19,377 nucleotides of DNA from Longimicrobiales bacterium (GTDB lineage Bacteria > Gemmatimonadota > Gemmatimonadetes > Longimicrobiales > Gaopeijiaceae): positions 1 to 19,377 of the forward strand of contig CBDANQ010000035.1 in the NCBI GenBank assembly GCA_965197725.1, given 5' to 3'. Shown here piece after piece: positions 16,653-19,377 of this stretch. A model generated the notes under the pieces. The model saw nothing but the letters and a program-made list of their open reading frames with translations. It had not been told where the DNA came from and made no database searches. Both the position numbers and the translations under genes were made by a program. The first letter of the stretch is position 1. Every line of letters starts with the position of its first letter.

Positions 16653-16793
16653 GGCTGGATCAAGGCAATGTGTGAGGACTGGTCAATCGAGCATGTGACG
16701 GCGGCGATCGCCAACCCGACCGTCGCCGGAGGACAACGAGCACCTCCGCAGCGAACGGTTGCCGGAAGAGCCTCATGTGCACCTCTTTATGAT

Positions 16794-17265
16794 ATGGCCT
16801 CATCCTATTCCAAGAACCAGGCTGAGCGAGAGTACCGGCAGCTCCTTCGCCTGCACGAGCGACTCCTGAGCGATCTTCAGGACGTCCGTGAGGAGTTGTC
16901 CGCTCCGGGCACGGGCGGACTCGTCAAGGAAATCAAGGCGCGCACAGGCTCGGCACCGGACCTCGCGCCGGTCATGACGGCGGTCGAAGAGGCGATCCGG
17001 GCGCTCAAGATGTCCGAGTCCGAGATCCATGCTGCGATCGTCGAAGGGAGGGAGGCAGACCTCGAGATCGACGGCGTCACCAAACATGCCCGCGTATCTC
17101 CGGCGCTTCTTGGCGGAACGGTCCAGCCAGCCCGGATTCTCTTACGACGTGAGCCAAGACCAGGAGCGCGGGTGGGTGGTCCGCTGGAAAGAGTATACTC
17201 ATCGAGGGACCGTGCGCGGTTTCGGACAGTTCTACGAGCGGCCGTACGCCTGGCTCGAGGACTAG
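16794..17265 (+). pseudogene. Hypothetical protein split by a +1 frameshift near 17079-17085 (sequencing indel, pseudogene or recoding)
   Basis: Frame A: MASSYSKNQAEREYRQLLRLHERLL...EADLEIDGVT. Frame A+1 continues NMPAYLRRFLAERS...RGWVVRWKEYTHRGTVRGFGQFYERPYAWLED*. Removing one base of gtcaccaaacatg joins them into a 156-aa protein that ends exactly at the convergent HNH stop. Confidence 0.7.
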
Positions 17266-17834
17266 CCACCGATCTCGACCGGTTCGTCCGAGCGCCGTTT
17301 CGACACCACGTCGAGCGCGTGCTCGCCATAGAACATGCGAATGTACTTCGCCTGCGCTCCGGTTACGCGCCTGACCACCCACACGAGGTGCACGTAGTTC
17401 GGCTGTCCAGGCTCGTTCAGTAGCTTGAGACCCGCCTCGCCGGGAAGCCGGTTACCCTTCCGGTTGTTACACGGGGAGCAGCTCGTAACCACGTTCTCCC
17501 ACGTTGTGTCTCCGCCCCGGGATAACGGCACGATGTGGTCCCTGGTCAGGAATTGGCGGCCGCGCAGCTCGTTCTTCTGTCTCCCGCAGTACTGACACGA
17601 GTAGTCGTCGCGAGCGAATAGGAAGGTGTTGGTAACCTGGCGGCGGAACCGCCGCGGGACGTGGACGTACCGGACGAGGCGGATTACCGAGGGACAGGGG
17701 ACGATGCGCGTCTCTGAGCGGAAGCGCCTACCCCCCTCCTTTTCCAGGATCTCGGCCTTCCCATCCAGGACCAGCCGGACCGCTCGACGAGCAGGAATGA
17801 TCGTGAGCGGCTCGTACGAGGCGTTCAGCGCCAA
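17262..17834 (-). CDS. HNH endonuclease, McrA-like zinc-binding family
   Basis: LALNASYEPL, PSVIRL, FARDDYSCQYCG and LTRDHIVPLSRGGDTTWENVVTSCSPCNNRKGNR. The start is uncertain (in-frame TTG 17834 behind SD TAAGGAGG). Confidence 0.92.
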   Translation of the reverse strand: MALNASYEPLTIIPARRAVRLVLDGKAEILEKEGGRRFRSETRIVPCPSVIRLVRYVHVPRRFRRQVTNTFLFARDDYSCQYCGRQKNELRGRQFLTRDHIVPLSRGGDTTWENVVTSCSPCNNRKGNRLPGEAGLKLLNEPGQPNYVHLVWVVRRVTGAQAKYIRMFYGEHALDVVSKRRSDEPVEIGG

Positions 17835-17852
17835 GCAACCACAACCCCTCCT

Positions 17853-17878
17853 TAGAAGGCTGTTGAAGAAGTACAGCG
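17853..17878. repeat. Second copy of the MITE terminal repeat (solitary end)
   Basis: TAGAAGGCTGTTGAAGAAGTACAGCG is the exact 26-nt reverse complement of 7520-7545, with a TTAG/CTAA flank. Confidence 0.85.
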
Positions 17879-17960
17879 GCCAGCGTTGCGAACACCGCCG
17901 ACCCACCGACCCGAAAGTATCCGGCAGCCCCCTTCGACTGCAATGGTCAACGCGGGGCGT

Positions 17961-19376
17961 TCACAGCAGCGCTACGGGGTCTCGATCGAGCGCCAGCCTT
18001 ACGTCTCCTGCTGGGAGTGAATATCCACGGACGAGCGCTCGGGCCGCGGCTCCCAATGCCGCGGGTGAACCGCTGCGCATGAGGAAGTGCCAGCGCCACC
18101 GACTGTGCAGCCGCTCGATGGGTGCGCGTGCTGGACCGACCAGGTCGACACCTCCCCTCCCCCGCCGGTCTCCATGCGACATCCAACGGCGCATCCATGC
18201 GGCCGCGCGCTCGGCCCCCGTCGCCGCGAGTCGCTGATCGGGGCTGCTGACGATGACGTTCGTGAGGCGCACATGTGGCGGATACCGGGGGCGTTCTCGT
18301 TCCGACAGTTCCCGTGTCGCGAAGCCTTCGAAGTCATGAGCCACGGCCGCGCGGATCGCATAGTGGTCGGGTAGAGACGTCTGGATCAGGACGTCGCCAC
18401 CCAACTCCCCCCGCCCTGCTCGCCCGGCGACCTGGCTCAGAAGCTGAAACGTCCGCTCGCTGGCCCGAAAGTCCGGCAGATGAATGCCGACATCCGCGTT
18501 CACGACTCCCACCAGGGTGACGCGAGGAAAGTCGAGTCCCTTGGCGATCATCTGCGTCCCGAGCAGGATGTCGACATCGCCCCGCTCCACGCGGGCGAGG
18601 ATGCGCTGGTGAGCCCACTTTCCGGAGGTCGTGTCCACGTCCATGCGCGCGATACGCGCGTCGGGAAAGGTCTCCGCGGCGACGCGCTCGACCTGCTCGG
18701 TACCGAGACCCCGGTAGGAGAGGTCCTGCGAGCCGCAGCGGGGGCAGCGGGCCGGCGCGGGCGTCTCGAACCGGCAGTGATGACATACGATGCGCCGCGT
18801 CACGCGGTGGTAGGTGAGCGAGATCGAGCAGTTCTCACACCGTTCCACTTCGCCGCACTCGTGACATTGGATGAACGACGAGTAGCCCCGCCGGTTGAGC
18901 AGCAGGATGACCTGCTCCTGCTTCCTCAGGCGCGTGTCGACGGCAGCTACGAGTTCTTCGGAGAGCACGCCGGCACCGCGCGACGGGCGCTTGGCGGGGC
19001 CCTTCTGGGTGTCCCGACTTTTCCGTAGGTCGATCACCCGGACCTCGGGGAGCTTCGCGCCGCCCACACGCTCAGGCAGAACAAGGTGCCTGAATTTTCC
19101 GCGCCGAGCGTTGTGCCAGCTCTCGAGCGACGGAGTCGCGCTGCCCAGTACGCAGACGGCACCGTGTGCACGCGCTCTCACCACCGCCAGGTCCCGCGCG
19201 AGGTAGCGCGGCGCTTCTGATTGCTTGTAGCTGCCGTCGTGCTCCTCGTCGACGACGATCACCCCCAGGTTGTCGAGCGGCGCGAACAGCGCCGAGCGGG
19301 CGCCGACCGCGACGCTTCGCTCGCCACTGCGCAGCAGCCGCCACGCGTCGTACCGCTCCGCGTCCGAGAGACCGGA
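17961..19376 (-). CDS. priA: Primosomal protein N' (replication restart helicase), partial (5' end beyond the right edge)
   Basis: Frame is open to the window edge (SGLSDAERYDAW...[10 protein letters not shown]). Motifs VDEEHDGSYKQ, LGSATPSLES, LLNRRGY, four CxxC Zn knuckles, GTQMIAKGLDFP, PDFRASER and QVAGRAGR. Confidence 0.98.
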   Translation of the reverse strand, partial: SGLSDAERYDAWRLLRSGERSVAVGARSALFAPLDNLGVIVVDEEHDGSYKQSEAPRYLARDLAVVRARAHGAVCVLGSATPSLESWHNARRGKFRHLVLPERVGGAKLPEVRVIDLRKSRDTQKGPAKRPSRGAGVLSEELVAAVDTRLRKQEQVILLLNRRGYSSFIQCHECGEVERCENCSISLTYHRVTRRIVCHHCRFETPAPARCPRCGSQDLSYRGLGTEQVERVAAETFPDARIARMDVDTTSGKWAHQRILARVERGDVDILLGTQMIAKGLDFPRVTLVGVVNADVGIHLPDFRASERTFQLLSQVAGRAGRGELGGDVLIQTSLPDHYAIRAAVAHDFEGFATRELSERERPRYPPHVRLTNVIVSSPDQRLAATGAERAAAWMRRWMSHGDRRGRGGVDLVGPARAPIERLHSRWRWHFLMRSGSPAALGAAARALVRGYSLPAGDVRLALDRDPVALL

Positions 19377-19377
19377 G

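Noticed and set aside
16632..17423. 263-aa ORF as a single real gene
   Set aside because: Its 5' part overlaps the divergent gene, and its 3' part overlaps both the better +1-frame segment and the HNH gene. Only about 16794-17081 looks coding.
17262..17960. HNH plus repeat as an RNA-guided or mobile system (IscB/HEARO-like), or a CRISPR array
   Set aside because: No RuvC or PLMP motifs are present. The repeat end faces away from the HNH gene, so the gene is outside the element. The adjacent non-coding space is only ~100 bp, and no regularly spaced repeats exist in the window.

Overview
GC-rich bacterial chromosomal window with dense, mostly translationally coupled genes. The gene content and style suggest a Gemmatimonadota-like diderm, which is inference only. 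Left to right: a divergent MetF/MTHFR-like gene that the ORF track missed because it runs off the left edge; Xaa-Pro aminopeptidase; a YncD/PqqU-like TonB-dependent receptor; a small putative outer-membrane beta-barrel; and a coupled operon of CPBP intramembrane protease, atypical ThrC-family enzyme and small acidic membrane protein. Next is a ~160-bp MITE-like element with IS5/IS1182-type ends, then two convergent ECF sigma operons. One is sigma, zinc anti-sigma and a PDZ-only protein. The other is sigma, short anti-sigma, Spy/CpxP/CnrX-like protein, TolC, ABC ATPase, MFP and MacB-type permease. The right end holds two hypothetical genes (one split by a +1 frameshift), a McrA-like HNH nuclease, a second copy of the MITE end, and the 3' part of priA. 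No CRISPR array, tRNA or rRNA was seen. Best leads: the unannotated MITE family, a possible protease-less PDZ / anti-sigma C-terminal-Phe / CPBP signalling module, a Cnr-like regulator attached to a MacAB-TolC pump, two diverged enzyme paralogues, and recurrent leaderless promoters. All family calls come from motif recognition by eye; no searches were run.
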